Shown piece by piece: positions 26,601-39,496 of a stretch of 64,000 nt of DNA. The position numbers were made by a program, and so were the translations under genes. The notes below the pieces were generated by a model. That model was not told the origin of the DNA. It was given only the letters and a program-made list of their open reading frames with translations, and ran no database searches. Within the stretch, counting starts at the first letter, position 1; each line of letters starts with the position of its first letter. The DNA comes from Vicugna vicugna (lineage: Eukaryota): assembly GCA_013265495.1 (NCBI GenBank), contig MU058065.1:1325527-1389526 (forward strand). The letters are read 5' to 3'.

Positions 26601-27033
26601 GAATATTTTTGGAGATATATTTCACATTGATTTTTGCTTTTCTGTAATCCTTCAGGAAACTCCAAGTATTACAGTGATATTTTTGTCTTTTTTAAGCTGT
26701 CTAAAAATTGCAAAGTTATTTATATTCGACTTCAAATACTATTATTAATTAATCCAAGATGGTTAGCATTGATTCCTGGAGTCAACAGTTTATCAAAGGT
26801 AGTGATAAGCTAGTGATTAGGCCTTACTGAACAAGGAGTCAGTGCTAGTTAATCAAGAAACGTTAAGTTTCTTTTACTAAAAATCGTGGCTAACCTCCCT
26901 GTACCCTGGAATGAACACTACATTGGATACCAAGTTCCCTGCTTAATGGAAAACTAGATATTGATTTTGGAACAGTCTTAGTTACTTTTTTAATATTTTC
27001 AAGACTCTGAATTATGGTGGATGGCAGTCTAGA

Positions 27034-27067
27034 CTTCTTCTTCTTCTTCTTCTTTTTTTTTTTTTTC
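27034..27067. repeat. (CTT)n plus poly-T tract
   Basis: Direct reading; it explains the poly-Lys run in ORF 26890..27090. Confidence 0.9.
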
Positions 27068-27889
27068 AGTCTGTTGATCTTTTCTGCCAAGAAACTTTCT
27101 CATAGAACAGACTTCCTATACCTAGGTGATTTATATACTTGCCCTGAAGGGAGATATTTAACACTGGTTTCTGCCTAGAAGGTAGAAGTGCTGTCTGTTG
27201 TGTTATAGTCGATCTGCTGTCCAATATCGAATATCCATCACAAGTAGATAAGCAAATGAGATCAAGGACTATATGTCACTAAGTTGTATGCTTGAAAACA
27301 TTTTCAAGTGTAAAAAAACCAATAAAAACAGAAAGAAGTCAATGAAGCAGTGTCCTCATATAAATTATATTCACAGAAATAATAATTTTTATTAAAAAGG
27401 GTGTCTATTAAAGGCCTTAAAAATAAAATTGATATGCTTATAAAAATATTATTTTCCTCAAACTAAGAATTTACATTTATTTTCCATAAAGGTAAATTTG
27501 AGCTATTTCAAAAGAATAATTGACATAGGGCAATATCAAAAAATTAATGCCTAATATTCTTTTTTTTTGCAGAAAAATATCTAAACAATGATTTTTTTGT
27601 ATTAGCTTTATGTAATCTATTAAAATTAGTTTCCAAAATAATGTAGTGATGTTCACATATTTAAAGACACATTTTAAATATTATAACCTTTGATGAAGAA
27701 CCAATTTCATGATCCAGGATAGCTGTGCCTTTTCAGCTATAAATTCTTCATTTTCCATTGTTATTCCTTACCTATAACCCTGTGAGTTAATAAGGGATAA
27801 GTATATATTTGTGTAAGATTTATCCATGAGGCCAATTATTAGAGAATGGAAGGGCCAAGAAACAAGACTCTTTGTTTATCCTATATTCT

Positions 27890-28150
27890 GCATTCACACA
27901 TTTATTCATTTATTTTATACTGAAATATTTACCACATTAGACAATACCCTAGATGCTAATGATTTTAGAGTGGATGACAGATTGAGTCTGCAGGCAGACA
28001 ATATGCTTATAAAACATCAAAATACTATGTGACTAATGCTGTAAAGATCTATGCTTAAAGTGTTATGGTAACAGTGGATAAAGCCATAAAGCCATACATA
28101 CCTTAAAGGAAAGACTTCATAGAGAAGGGCGACATTGAGTTGAGTTTTTA
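27890..28150 (-). mobile_element. L2 3' fragment
   Basis: ATTCACACATTTATTCATT start and AGAGAAGGGCGACATTGAGTTGAG motif. Confidence 0.45.
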
Positions 28151-28611
28151 AAATTTTGTTGGTTTTTTAAATCATGAAAATAATCAAAGCTCTTTACAAA
28201 ATTAGAAAATGTAAAAATGTAAGAAGAAATAAGAAAACAAAATCTTTTGTTAATTGTCTGATGTATTTCATCCTTTGTTTTCAGTACAAAGGGCTTAATT
28301 TTTATATAGCAAAATTTATAATGTATAAAAATATTTTTAAACAAAACTAGGCCATAAATAAGTTTTCATCTTATGATACAGTTTTATAAACATCTTTTTC
28401 AGAAACTTTCTTTTTTCAAAGAGCAATTCATATAAATGATACAAAATACCAAAAAGCACACTGGTAAAATTAATAACATCTAAAGTTTTTCCAATGTCAT
28501 GATGATCTGTTCTTTCTTGTTTTTGTTTTCTCCATTTAATATGGTATGTTGTACCATAATTTATATAAAATCCTCACATAATTGTCGATTTCCCATTACT
28601 TGGCTATTTTA

Positions 28612-29229
28612 TTTTCTTTTTTAACTTTTTATTAAAGTATAGTTGATTTACAATATTGTGTTATTTTCAGGTATACAGCAGAGTGATTCAGTTATACACA
28701 TATATGTATACATCTATGTTCTTTTTTCTATTCTTTTCCATTATAGCTTATTACAAGGTATTGAATATAGTTCCCTGTGCTATACAATAAATCCTTGTTG
28801 TTTATTTATTTTATATATGGTAGTATGCATCTGTTAATCCCATACTCCCAGTTTATGCCTTCCCCTTTGGTAACAGGAACCTTGTTTTCTATGTGAGTCT
28901 GTTTCTGTTCTATAAATAAGTTCATCTGTACTATTCTTTAGATTCCACATACAAGTGATATCATATAATATTTGTCTTTTTTTGTCTGATGTACTTCACT
29001 TAGTGTGGTAATTTCCAGGTCCATCCAGGTTGCTGCAAATGGCTTTATTTCATTATTTCATTCTTTTTTATGGCTAAGTAATATTCCATTGTGTGGAATC
29101 TTCTTTCTCCAGTCATCTGTTGATGGACACTTAGGTTGCTTCCGTGTCTTGGCTATTGCAAATAGCACTGTTATGAACATTGGATTACATGTACATTTTC
29201 AAATTAGAGTTTTGGGCCTTTCTGGATAT
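28612..29229 (-). mobile_element. Cetartiodactyl L1 3' end (~620 bp) with TSD
   Basis: Antisense AGTATAGTTGATTTACAATATTGTG...AGTTCCCTGTGCTATACA; 12-bp TSD TTGGCTATTTTA at 28600-28611 and 29230-29241. Confidence 0.92.
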
Positions 29230-29919
29230 TTGGCTATTTTAATTAAGGGCAATACTTTTGTTCAGAATTATTTTTCACATTTGGGATAATTTCTAGGGAA
29301 TATATTCTAAAATGTAGAAATACTGGGCCACAGGGAAACTAGCCCATGCAGGATAAATAGAACTGTGAGTGGGTCTGGGCACAGAGATACATCCCAGGGA
29401 GAGGAGAGATCATGTCCAAATGATGGGAGTGCTGGTCTCTATCCACCAAATAAGACAGATTGGACTAGCGAACAGCTCCATCTTTGACTGAAGCTCTCAG
29501 AAAGTGACCTCTTTCAGCATCAAAAGTGGTTTCATTCTGTACAGGTGTCTAAGATCACATTACAAGTGCTGGGAACGGCTGCATCTTGCGGGGACAGTAG
29601 CACTGTAATTACTGATAGTTATTAGTAGTCCAAGCTGCTGAAAGTGACCTGTAAGAACAGCTGCAGTAACAGGGATACACAAAGAGTCCTGCTGATTGTA
29701 GATGGCAAGAATTTTCTCCACGGCCTCAAATAATGACGAGTAGTCAGATTGCCTAATTAAAGTCACAGAAAATGATACAATATCTAAGGTCTCGCCAACT
29801 CTAAAGTTCTGTCTGGTAATAACATCATCTAGTGGGTTCCCCACGATAATTCTGCTGGACACCTGGCTGGTATAATTACTTCTACCTCAGATTCTTTAGT
29901 GAAATGAGGTTGAGTACAT

Positions 29920-29986
29920 AGAGATGGATGGCTGGATAGATAGATAGAGAGAGCGAGAGATAGATAGATAGATAGGCAGACAGACA
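29920..29986. repeat. Compound (GATG)/(GATA)/(GACA) microsatellite
   Basis: Direct reading. Confidence 0.85.
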
Positions 29987-30669
29987 AGCCTATAAACAGA
30001 TTGGGTTTTTAAAAATTCCTTATAATATGTAATTCTTATAAATAAAAGGGAAATTCTTAGAACAACCTATTCAGAGCACCAGTATACGAATTCTAAAATA
30101 ATGCTTTTCTATCCTTTTGACTTTTATGTGAAATGGTATCTTCCAAGAAGCCTGCAGCTGTGATAAAGGATCTGTTCAATTTTTTTTTATGAAGTTCACA
30201 CTTTATTTGCTAAACAGCAGACTGGGGAATAATGACTACATTGAAGCAAACAGTACTTGCTTTACCCCGTAGACCATTCTTCCTAATTACCCTAGCACAG
30301 ATTTGTATTAAGGAGTTTAATGAACAGAAGCTACTATATATAGTATAAAGTTGTCAGGGAGTACAGACTGCATATGGGCACTGAGAATTACTGAGCAGCC
30401 TCAATCTTTAAATGCCCTCAAAGGAACCCTGTTCAAGTTTCTGAGTTTCCAACATTTCCTGCAATTCCCGTGAGCAGACCAATTAAGACATTCTAAAACC
30501 CATTCTCTTAGCGTGTTCTGATACACTCTCTTCTATGGAAATAGGGTGACCACTTACCCTGACCAATACAGTTCAATTGTCCCAGAATAATTATTATTAG
30601 TGCCCAGTTTCACTAAAAAATTTGAATGATAAATTATATGTCACTCTGCTTGTAAAACGTCCTCAAAAA

Positions 30670-31612
30670 TAGTTAGAGAGGAAGTTCTGCAAGATGATGG
30701 ACTGAGAAATGTGAGAACTACCTATATTCACTCCATACATAGAGAAATGCCCAGTAAAGTGTTTTAAAGAATTAAAACATACAGCTGAGTTCAAAGTAAC
30801 AAAGAAAAATAACCAATGGCCAAAAGAGAAAAGAAAAGCCACAGCCTTAAAGGTAAGCAAGAATTGAAAATTTATGACTGGCCACCAATGTCCTAGAAGC
30901 AGATAGAAACCTAACAACTAGTGATTTTATGTCTGCAATGGGATGGAGTTTGGTGCAAGAAATCCAGGATGGGGCTCCTTTTATCAAAATGAAACCTGGA
31001 AAAAAGTTGACTTGCCCCCAAATGGTAATTGGAAATTTTCTACTAGCTAATGCAGATCTTTGGCACACAGGCCATGTGTGGAAACAAGGTGTGATGTAGC
31101 ATTTTTAGCATGCAGACATTAGTACCATATTTGTGATGCTCATGTGCAATAGAAACTCCAGGAAATAAATGTAAAAACTTGTTTGTATATGATGATTTCA
31201 TGGACCCAGAAAGAGGTAACTGAAATTACCCCATCAGGAGATTGTCACAACCCAAAGGACATTTTCATGGAAAATGAGATCACAGACAAATGTCACAAAA
31301 ATTTGAGCAAGTCCAACACCAAGAAAGATTGATTAGAGACCCAGCAAAGAAGATAATTGAGCTGAGAAACTCAAGCAAGGAACTTGAAAGAATCTTTATA
31401 AGTATATGTAAACTGTTCAGAGAGATAAAGCCAAATACAAAACAAGAGGAGATTATCATATAGAAATAATCAGATTTGAAAAAGAAAAAAGTGTAACTAC
31501 TAGAAATTCAAAATAAAGTTGTGGAAATTTTTTTAAAAATCAACAAAGAGGATTAAAAAGTTGATTAGACATGGCTGAAGAGATAATTAATGAATTGAAG
31601 GCAGATAGTAAA
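30670..31612 (+). mobile_element. Ancient L1/HAL1-like 5' UTR to ORF1 region
   Basis: AAGATGATGGAC start; TTAGACATGGCTGAAGAGATAATTAATGAATTGAAG resembles ORF1 coiled-coil sequence. Confidence 0.6.
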
Positions 31613-31654
31613 AACTTCAGATTTCCTTCCAGTGGAGCTTGGAAAAGTGTAGAA

Positions 31655-32170
31655 GTAACCCAGGATTCAGAATAAAACAGATTTGAATTTGAATCTTGAC
31701 TTTACTCATCTTTGACTTTGAGAAGATCACTTAATCTGTAATTCAGTCTCCTCTTTTATGGGTTGAAATAATAATGTATATATTACAGTGTTTTTATAAA
31801 AATTAAATGAAATACGTGTAAATCATACAATGCATTGCTTGGCACCTACTAGCTGCTCACAAAGTTTTGTTTTGTTTTGTTTTGTTTCTCTCTTCTTTTT
31901 TTAACAACTGTTTGCTGGACTCTTTTCTAAATAGTGACAAATAGAATATTTACAATATAATGAGTGTTTACTATGCACACTGTTCTTTATATTCATTTAA
32001 CCAATAATGATTAAACTCTTCTACTTTGTATGATAGATAAATCCAGATTATAGAATTTAAAAAGTGAGGCACATAAAATAATATATATGTCCCAGGTCAC
32101 AGTAGATAGCAGAGCAGATATTTGACCCAAGATTCTTATATATCAAACCTTACTTTATTAACCCCTGATA
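31655..32170. mobile_element. Two MIR SINEs in opposite orientation
   Basis: AGATTTGAATTTGAATCTTGAC...TCAGTCTCCTC (plus); CCCAGGTCACAGTAG...GATATTTGACCCAAG (minus). Confidence 0.65.
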
Positions 32171-32694
32171 CTTTTACCTTTATCTTGCAGGAACCAACAA
32201 AGACTATCAATCAATCAACCAATCAATTAATTTCCCCTGGTTTAGCCTGAGCAGAGAGATGTTCCCAAGAGGTTTCTAGCAAGATTCAGAGGCCCCAAAA
32301 CTCGGTAGTGCTTAGGACTAGATCTCATAAATTCCACCAGTTCTATGTTACATCACTGACTTGCCTCACATGTTGTTTCTTTTAGAGACATGTAGGTTGA
32401 GATAGCCATGTTAAGGAATAGTTTCATTAAAGATGTATTTCTTCTTTATTACCAAAGAATAAAGTAATGTGTTGGACATATAATTCATTGATTATATCTC
32501 AGTTTTATAGCTCTTTTTATGCACGTAATAAGAAGGCATTTTATATTTTATGTTCAAAAAAGGCATCATTTTGCAGAAAAAAAGTGAAGATATTTCTGCT
32601 TTTGAAGTTATTTCCATCTACTATATCTATAAGTTGGAAATATACTATATAAGTGTGCTAGTGTGCATCTCTTCTCTGTCAAACCAGTCACACC

Positions 32695-32872
32695 CAGTAG
32701 TTCTCAAACTTTAATGTGCATCAAAAATACTTGAAGGATTTTGTTTTGTTTTCTTACACACAGATTGCTGGGCATCGCAACAACTGATCTCAGCGAGAAC
32801 TTGAAAATTCGCACTTTTAGCAAGTTTACAGGTGCTACTGATTTTGCTCCTGAGATGGCCCTCTTAGAACTA
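32695..32872. mobile_element. MER5A-like hAT-Charlie MITE
   Basis: CAGTAGTTCTCAAACTTTAATGTGCATCAAAAATAC...CAGATTGCTGGGC...TTAGAACT. Confidence 0.75.
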
Positions 32873-33011
32873 GAAGTTTAGTAAACAAGCCCATGAGATA
32901 ATCCTTACTGTCTCAATTTTAAGAGGAAGAATCAGATTTAAAGAATCCAGACATCACATTCATTTATACCCAATAAATACAAGGAATTATTTGTCACCAA
33001 AAATATATTTT

Positions 33012-33490
33012 CTGGAGGGTCCTCCAAAAATTAAAAATAGAATTACCATATGGCCCTGCAATTTCACTTCTGGGTATTTTTCCAAAGAAAACAATACCCT
33101 AAATCAAAAAGATGTCTGCACTCCCATGTTCATTGCAGCAATATTTGCAATAGCCAAGATATGGAATCAATCTTAAGTGTTCATCGATGGATAAATGAAT
33201 AAAGAAGCTATGGCATATATGCAATGGAATATTAGTCAGCCATAAAAAGAATAAAATCTTGCCATTTACAACAACCTGGATGTGTCTCAAGGGCATTCTC
33301 TTAAGTTAAATAAGACAGAAAAGGACAAATACGTTATGATCTCACTTACAAACAAACAAAACTAAGTTCAGAGATATAGAGATTGGGTGGGTGGCTGCTG
33401 GGGCATTGGGGAGAGGGACTGGAAGAAATGAGTGAACTGTATGGGTGTTTTTTTTTTCAGTTTTAAAAAAATTAAAAAAAATAAGAAATA
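33012..33490 (+). mobile_element. L1 (L1MA-type), ORF2 end plus 3' UTR
   Basis: AAAAATAGAATTACCATATGGCCCTGCAATTTCACTTCTGGG; ORF text VCTPMFIAAIFAIAKIWNQ matches the L1 ORF2p C-terminus. Confidence 0.9.
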
Positions 33491-35117
33491 ACATCTTTAG
33501 AAAAATAATAACTTAGCAATGAAAATCCGAAGGCAAGTGGCAGAAGGTTTGCACATCAATGCCAGCTACTGGGACCTACTGACTCATACACACTCCACTC
33601 CAGATGGTCTTCTCAGATCCCTAGAAGAGGAGAATTCCTTACACATGGAGCTTTTGCAATAAATCTAGGGTCTTATGTGTAAAATGAACATTGTATTAAT
33701 GAAAGGAAGAGGAAAAAAGGAAGAGAAGGAGAGCTTTTTTTTCAAAGCCCTAAATATATATATTTTTTAATTTACTCTTACATCTTAGTGCATCAGGGTT
33801 AAAAGGGGACCATTTTAGTCCCAATAGTTTCCGGATGGGATCTCTTTATTTTTTTTCTTATTTAGCTGTATTTCTTGATAAAGCAGCTATATTATCAGAG
33901 GAACTTCTTAAAGTATGGATGTCACGATTCCCAAGTTCAAATAAAGTTGAACAAATAATTTGGGAAAAAAAGCATATATTTTCATACTACAGCTCTGATC
34001 CTTGACCATAATAATACCCCCACACAGAAAACTAGAGTTATGGCCACAGCAAATCATCCAAACAGTAGAATGTCAGTGTGACATTCTGATGACATAGAGC
34101 CACAATTCATATGCTTATCTGCAAATAACTCAAGTTCTCAGCCATTGAATCTGTCATGTATTGGGCCATCCCTCTGTGTCTGATGTTTTACACTTATTGC
34201 AAGAGCCCCAAAATTCTCCTATTTCTCTTTATTTACAAATGAGGAAACTGAGGCTCATAGATATTCATGACGCCCAAAACATTTGTTATGGGATTACTCT
34301 TCAAAGATTAAAAATGATTTTATTTTGACCTGCCACAAAGTCTAACTTATTTTTATCAAAAAAACTTCAAGTCCAAATACAGAGTAATACAGATGATGAA
34401 TAATTCAGAAGGACTCCCATTTTCCTCAGGCCACAGCCAACCTTAAAGCAGGTGCCACTGGCCCTCTAATCTTCCTCCGTGGACTCATCATGTAATTTCT
34501 CAGACCATTTTCTTTTTTTTTTTTTCTATATGTTTGTGAATTCTTTCTTTACAATCATGGGCCAACAGCCAGTGATTTCCCAGCAGTGCTCAACAATGAA
34601 GCCTCAGTATAATCAAGCATTATTTACATTCTGGAAGAAAACATATGTGGCATTAAAGTCAAGTTCTCCAGCTAATACCTCCACCTTCACTCAGATCGCA
34701 GACATCAGAGACCAGAAGTGCGTGTAAATTCTTTTCTCTTTAAAGAGACAGGCTTAAAAGGACAAGCCACAGAGACAGGAAGAAAAATCAACACAGGTGC
34801 TAAAAGAAGGCTTCGTTTGTCTCATGGATTTCTATTCAGATCAGAACAACATAAAACAGTGAGGTGGCCATGTATTCAGGATGTGGTAGGCACTGAACAA
34901 GGTGATAACATTGACCCATGAGAAGTCACAGTCTCATAGCACCAGCATGACAGAGAGCTCTACCTGGCATCATGCAAGTCAGACTCAGATACAGGGAACT
35001 AGACGAAAGGGATCTGAAAATTAACACAGTTTTATCAAGATAGTAAGAATACATGTGGACTTGCATTTTTAAAGTCTTATTGCTCAGGTTTGTTTTAAAT
35101 AAAAATGATAAGAAAGA

Positions 35118-35915
35118 TGTGATGTTGTGATTGATAATAAGAAAAACATACTTGTACTTTGTCTCAGTTTCCAGCATAGAGCTCCTAAAGCCATTGGAAT
35201 TTCCCCTAAGTAAGAAGAGAGCTGAAGGTGTCTTTTGTTATGTTAATGAGGTGGCTTTGGGAAAGTTAGGAGGTTACCTAAGGGAGCTGGTTGCCAGGAG
35301 AACCAATGTCTGGATTAGAGGGTTGGAACTTCCCGACTCCTCCTTCAGAAAGGAAAGAGGGGCTAGAGGTCAACACAATGCTAACGGTCAATGATTTAGT
35401 CAGTCATGTCAGTGCACCAAAGCATCCACAAAAATCCAAAAGGATGGAGTTCTAAGAACTTCCAGGTTGGTGAACACATGGAGATTTGGGGTGAGGGGTG
35501 CATCTGGAGAGAACATGGTGGTCCCTCCCTCCTTGTCCCATCTCCTTGCCTTGTGTGTCTCTCCCGCCTGGTTTTCCTGAGTTACAACCTTTCATAACAA
35601 ACTAGCAATCTAGTAAATAAAATGTTTCTCTAAGTTCTGTGAGCCACTATAGCAAAATAATCAAACACGAGGAGGAAGTCGTGGGAACTTTTGATTTATA
35701 GTTAGTAGGTCAGAAGCACAGGGGACAAACTGGACTTGTGATTGGCACTGGCACTGGGGAAGAGGCTGAGCCCTTAACCTGTGGGATTTAATGCTACCTC
35801 CAAATTTATAGTGTCAGAACTGAGTTGACTTGTACGGCACCCAGCTGGTACCCAAGAATTGGTTGGAGTATGTGGGGAAACTCCTTCCCATCAGGATTGA
35901 GTGCAGAATTTTTCA
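35118..35915 (+). mobile_element. MER21-like LTR
   Basis: TGTGATGTTGTG start; GAGCTCCTAAAGCCATTGGAAT, TTCCAGGTTGGTGAACACAT, AGTTCTGTGAGCCAC and CACCCAGCTGGT motifs. Confidence 0.8.
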
Positions 35916-38294
35916 TTGCTGTCAGAATCTTAAAAGGGAAAAATGAACTATATGGGAGTAAAGAGGAAGTTACCAAACCAGCCGATGTGGAAAGGTGCTC
36001 AAGGTGGACTCCGGAAACATCTGAATTAGTTTTCAAAATGGACCAGAAGTTCACTGAGCAGAGAAGCAAGATCATTTCATCCTGAGGAAATGGGAAAAAA
36101 CTGGCACATGGACCTGCAAAATTATGAGTCCAGGGTTGGGAGAAAAGCCTTATTTTGCCGGAACAGTGGTCTCAAAACATTAATCATGCCACTTCCACAT
36201 TTCTGCTTTCCCTATTATTGCCTGTGCTCACACTTATTTAATTGATTCTATATGGCTGCTTTTTAATTTTAAAAATATCTAGAACGAGACATTGTGTCAC
36301 TAACATGAATGGAGTAATAGTCTCTCTCCACGTAAGTAAAAATGCCCTTATAAAAATAACTCCAATAAAGTTTTGATGGAATGGAGTGATTTCCCAAAGG
36401 CTCCCATCTCCTGGTCTCCGGTGATGATCAAGTTCACGCCCTTTTCCTGCCTCCAACCCCACTTCTCTTTTTGATGAGAACTGAGAAATAGCGTGTGGAA
36501 TTGTATCTTGGGTCAAATGCTGTTTCTTACTAGCAAGGCTACTTAAATTTAAGCTTTCTCTCCTCACACCTCTTCTACAATGCCGAGAATGGCACAGCAG
36601 CATCTCCAGTCCCACCAGCAATGCCGTATTTCAGGAGCATTGAGCTGGAATATGAGGTGTGTGCATCAAAACCAGATCTTCAAAAATGAGCCTCAAGATG
36701 ATGTAAGGGCCAAGTGGTCCATGAGCTTTAATTTCTTGTTAAAGATAAAAATCCTTAGGCATAAATATCCTGAATTAATGCCCACTTCATTTATATATCA
36801 TATGTATTACACATTTTTTAAACCACTTACCCTTTCCACTCTTTCTCCTGGTTTGAAAATATAGAGATGTGAGTGTTGGGTATTTTTTGAAAATCACTGA
36901 TATATCATTCATATTTGACTTTAAAGAAATTTTTTTTATTTGTCCATTTGTTTGTTCCACATTTAAATCTAAACCCATGCTGGTGCATCTAAAGGGGCAG
37001 GGACATCCTTAGATGTTCTTTAATCTCTGCCTGGATTTTAACATGCATGAAAATCATTAAGTACAAGACAATGACTAAATATCTATAAAGCATCTATTAT
37101 GTGAAAACAGTAACAATAGTTTATCTTTTGATATGAGCACGTAATCGCTATTTGGTAAATGATTGACCTGGTTAAGTTACTATGTCTTATTAATGTTTGA
37201 GAAAAAATTCCCTCTACAGGAAAACCTGTTTATAAACTGATGTGACTGATTAACTTTTGCTGCATGAAAAGTGAAATATTTCCCCATTTCTGTCCAAGAA
37301 AAGAACACCTCAGACTCCTTGAATTGCTTTCCAAGAAGAATTTCCCTCATTTCTGAGTCCAGCTTCTACAAGTGAGGTACAAAAACACGAAAGAAGTAGG
37401 AAATCTAAGTTAAATTTTCTTGTCATCAAGGTGTGGTAGATTTTCTTGAATGTCAAACCATTAAGTAACATACAAATAGCAAGACAACAAAATAAGTTTC
37501 CTTTAAGAAATCATTACCAACCATGTGTTTGCGCATGAACTTTACAGCTGACTACCCTCTTCAGTCCATAGAATTTCAAATCTTTGGTTTTATTCAAATT
37601 TCCTATGGAGTGTTTAAGTGATGGATGTGTCTGGGACATTTTAACCAATCTTCCAGGCTCCATCTGCCAGGCCATCTGGATTCGGCATCCACAGAGAACT
37701 AGTTGGTGAATGATTATAGACATGACTTAAAAAAAAAAGAAAAGAAAAGAAAGAAAGGAAAGAAAATAGTGAATGCAACATAAATACAAAGGCAGTCTTA
37801 CATAAAAAGAAAAAGTTGAAAAGTAGGGAGGAGAGATACATTTTCTTGTTTTATTCCACCAGTCTCATGAATTACGATGAGTGCCTGACCTTTTTCCATA
37901 AGATGTTTAAATGGCAGCTGCTGTGGCTACAGTATACCATTTGATCAAAAGCTCTTAAGGACAGTAGTTTGTTTTGCAAAGGTCATGTTCCTTATATACT
38001 TGTGAATGTGTTCAAAAGGCTTACCAACTAAATTTGCAGGATTTTCATTGAGAATAAATTATATAACTGTTTTCAAATTAAATCTAAGCCAAGAAATCTA
38101 CAGGGAATACTGTAAGAGAACTTTGAAAATCCATCTCAGAGTTTATAAAGAATGCTCTTTCAAAACACATTAACTTGAGTTGATAGGAAATTGGGGGGGA
38201 GGGGCTTGTAGTAAATGATTTATTAAAATTCCTTACACAGAAACAAGCTACTGGTTAAATCTTACATCATATATAACATAATGTAGAAGTATTT

Positions 38295-38480
38295 AAATAT
38301 AAGAATATGCACACAGGGAACTATACTCAATATCTTGTAGTAACCTATGGTGGAAAACAATATGAAAATGGATATATGTATGTTTATGTATGACTGAAGC
38401 ATTATGCTATTCACCAGAAATTGACACAATATTGTAAAATGACTATACTTCAATAAAGATATATATATATACCCAAATAA
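38295..38480 (+). mobile_element. Camelid-type L1 3' end, 5'-truncated
   Basis: CACAGGGAACTATACTCAATATCTTGTAGTAACC...GACTATACTTCAATAAA. Confidence 0.88.
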
Positions 38481-38488
38481 AGGAAATT

Positions 38489-38529
38489 AGAAAAGAAAGA
38501 AAGAAAGAAAGAAAAAAAGAGAGAGAGAG

Positions 38530-38576
<47 letters not shown>

Positions 38577-38612
38577 AGGGAGGGAGGGAGGGAAGGAGGG
38601 AGGGAGGAAGAA
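38489..38612. repeat. Pure-purine (GAAA)n/(GA)n/(GGGA)n microsatellite
   Basis: 124 nt with only A/G on the plus strand. Confidence 0.95.
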
Positions 38613-38804
38613 TATGTAACTATGGGCAGAAAATAGGGAAGAAAAGTTAGGGTCTTGTCACATGTTTCCAGTTGCAGGTCCTTTCTTAATTCCAGTATTG
38701 ACAAGGAAGTGCAACACTTGGAGTTTATGTCTCCATTTGGATAAGAAAGTATAGAATAAATTGTGTAGGTAACACTAACTGACCTTTCTAGAAACTGGTT
38801 TTGT

Positions 38805-39496
38805 TTTGTTTTATTTTGTCAAGTGTACAGAAGTATAATTTTCATATGATAAAATTCTTACTTTGAAGTATACAATTTGGGAATTTTTGACAAATATATA
38901 CAGTCATGTAATAATGACAGTGATCAATATAGAAGTTCTTTTCATCAATATGTGAAGTTCCCTTCTGCCCCTTTGTGGTCAAGTTTCTCTCCCTACCCTA
39001 GCCATTTGACTTTGTACACTCCCTATAGTTCTGCCTCTTCTAAATTGTCATATAAATGAAAACACCCAACATGAAGTCTCTTGTGACTGTCTTTTTTCAG
39101 TGATCATAATGCTGAGAGTCATCCATGCTGTTGTATGTAACCAGAGCTTGCTCCTACTTACCGCTGAGTACGAGTCCCTAAATTAGATGCACCACAAATT
39201 GTGTATTCAATCACCACTTGATGGACATTTGGATAGTTCCCAGTTTAGGTGACTAGTTGCCATAAACACTCACATACAAGTCTTTGATCATAATTAACCA
39301 AAAAGCAAAATTACTGTACTATATGGTAAGTGTACATTTAACGTTATAAGAAACTGCCAAATTCCTTCCCAGTGTGGCTCTACCATTTTGTATTCTCACC
39401 TGCAGTTCATGAAAGTTTCAGTCACTCCCACACCCTCATCAGCACCTGATATTCTCAGTGTTTTCAAATGTTAGCCATTCTGCCAGATGTGTAATA
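38805..39496 (-). mobile_element. Old L1 (L1MB-like) 3' portion, non-inverted arm
   Basis: Antisense 3' UTR and ORF2 end: GATGGACATTTGG, AAGAAACTGCCAAA, TTAGCCATTCTG. Confidence 0.85.

Noticed and set aside
26890..27090. Poly-lysine ORF
   Set aside because: The Lys run comes from a (CTT)n/poly-T tract; an in-frame stop lies just upstream
29560..29862. 100-aa minus-strand ORF
   Set aside because: GTG start, unrecognised peptide, no supporting exon signals
32991..33176. ORF with protein-like text
   Set aside because: Decayed L1 ORF2p C-terminus
36238..36621. 127-aa minus-strand ORF in mostly unique sequence
   Set aside because: Non-ATG start, no recognisable homology or clear splice structure; length is within chance for 64 kb
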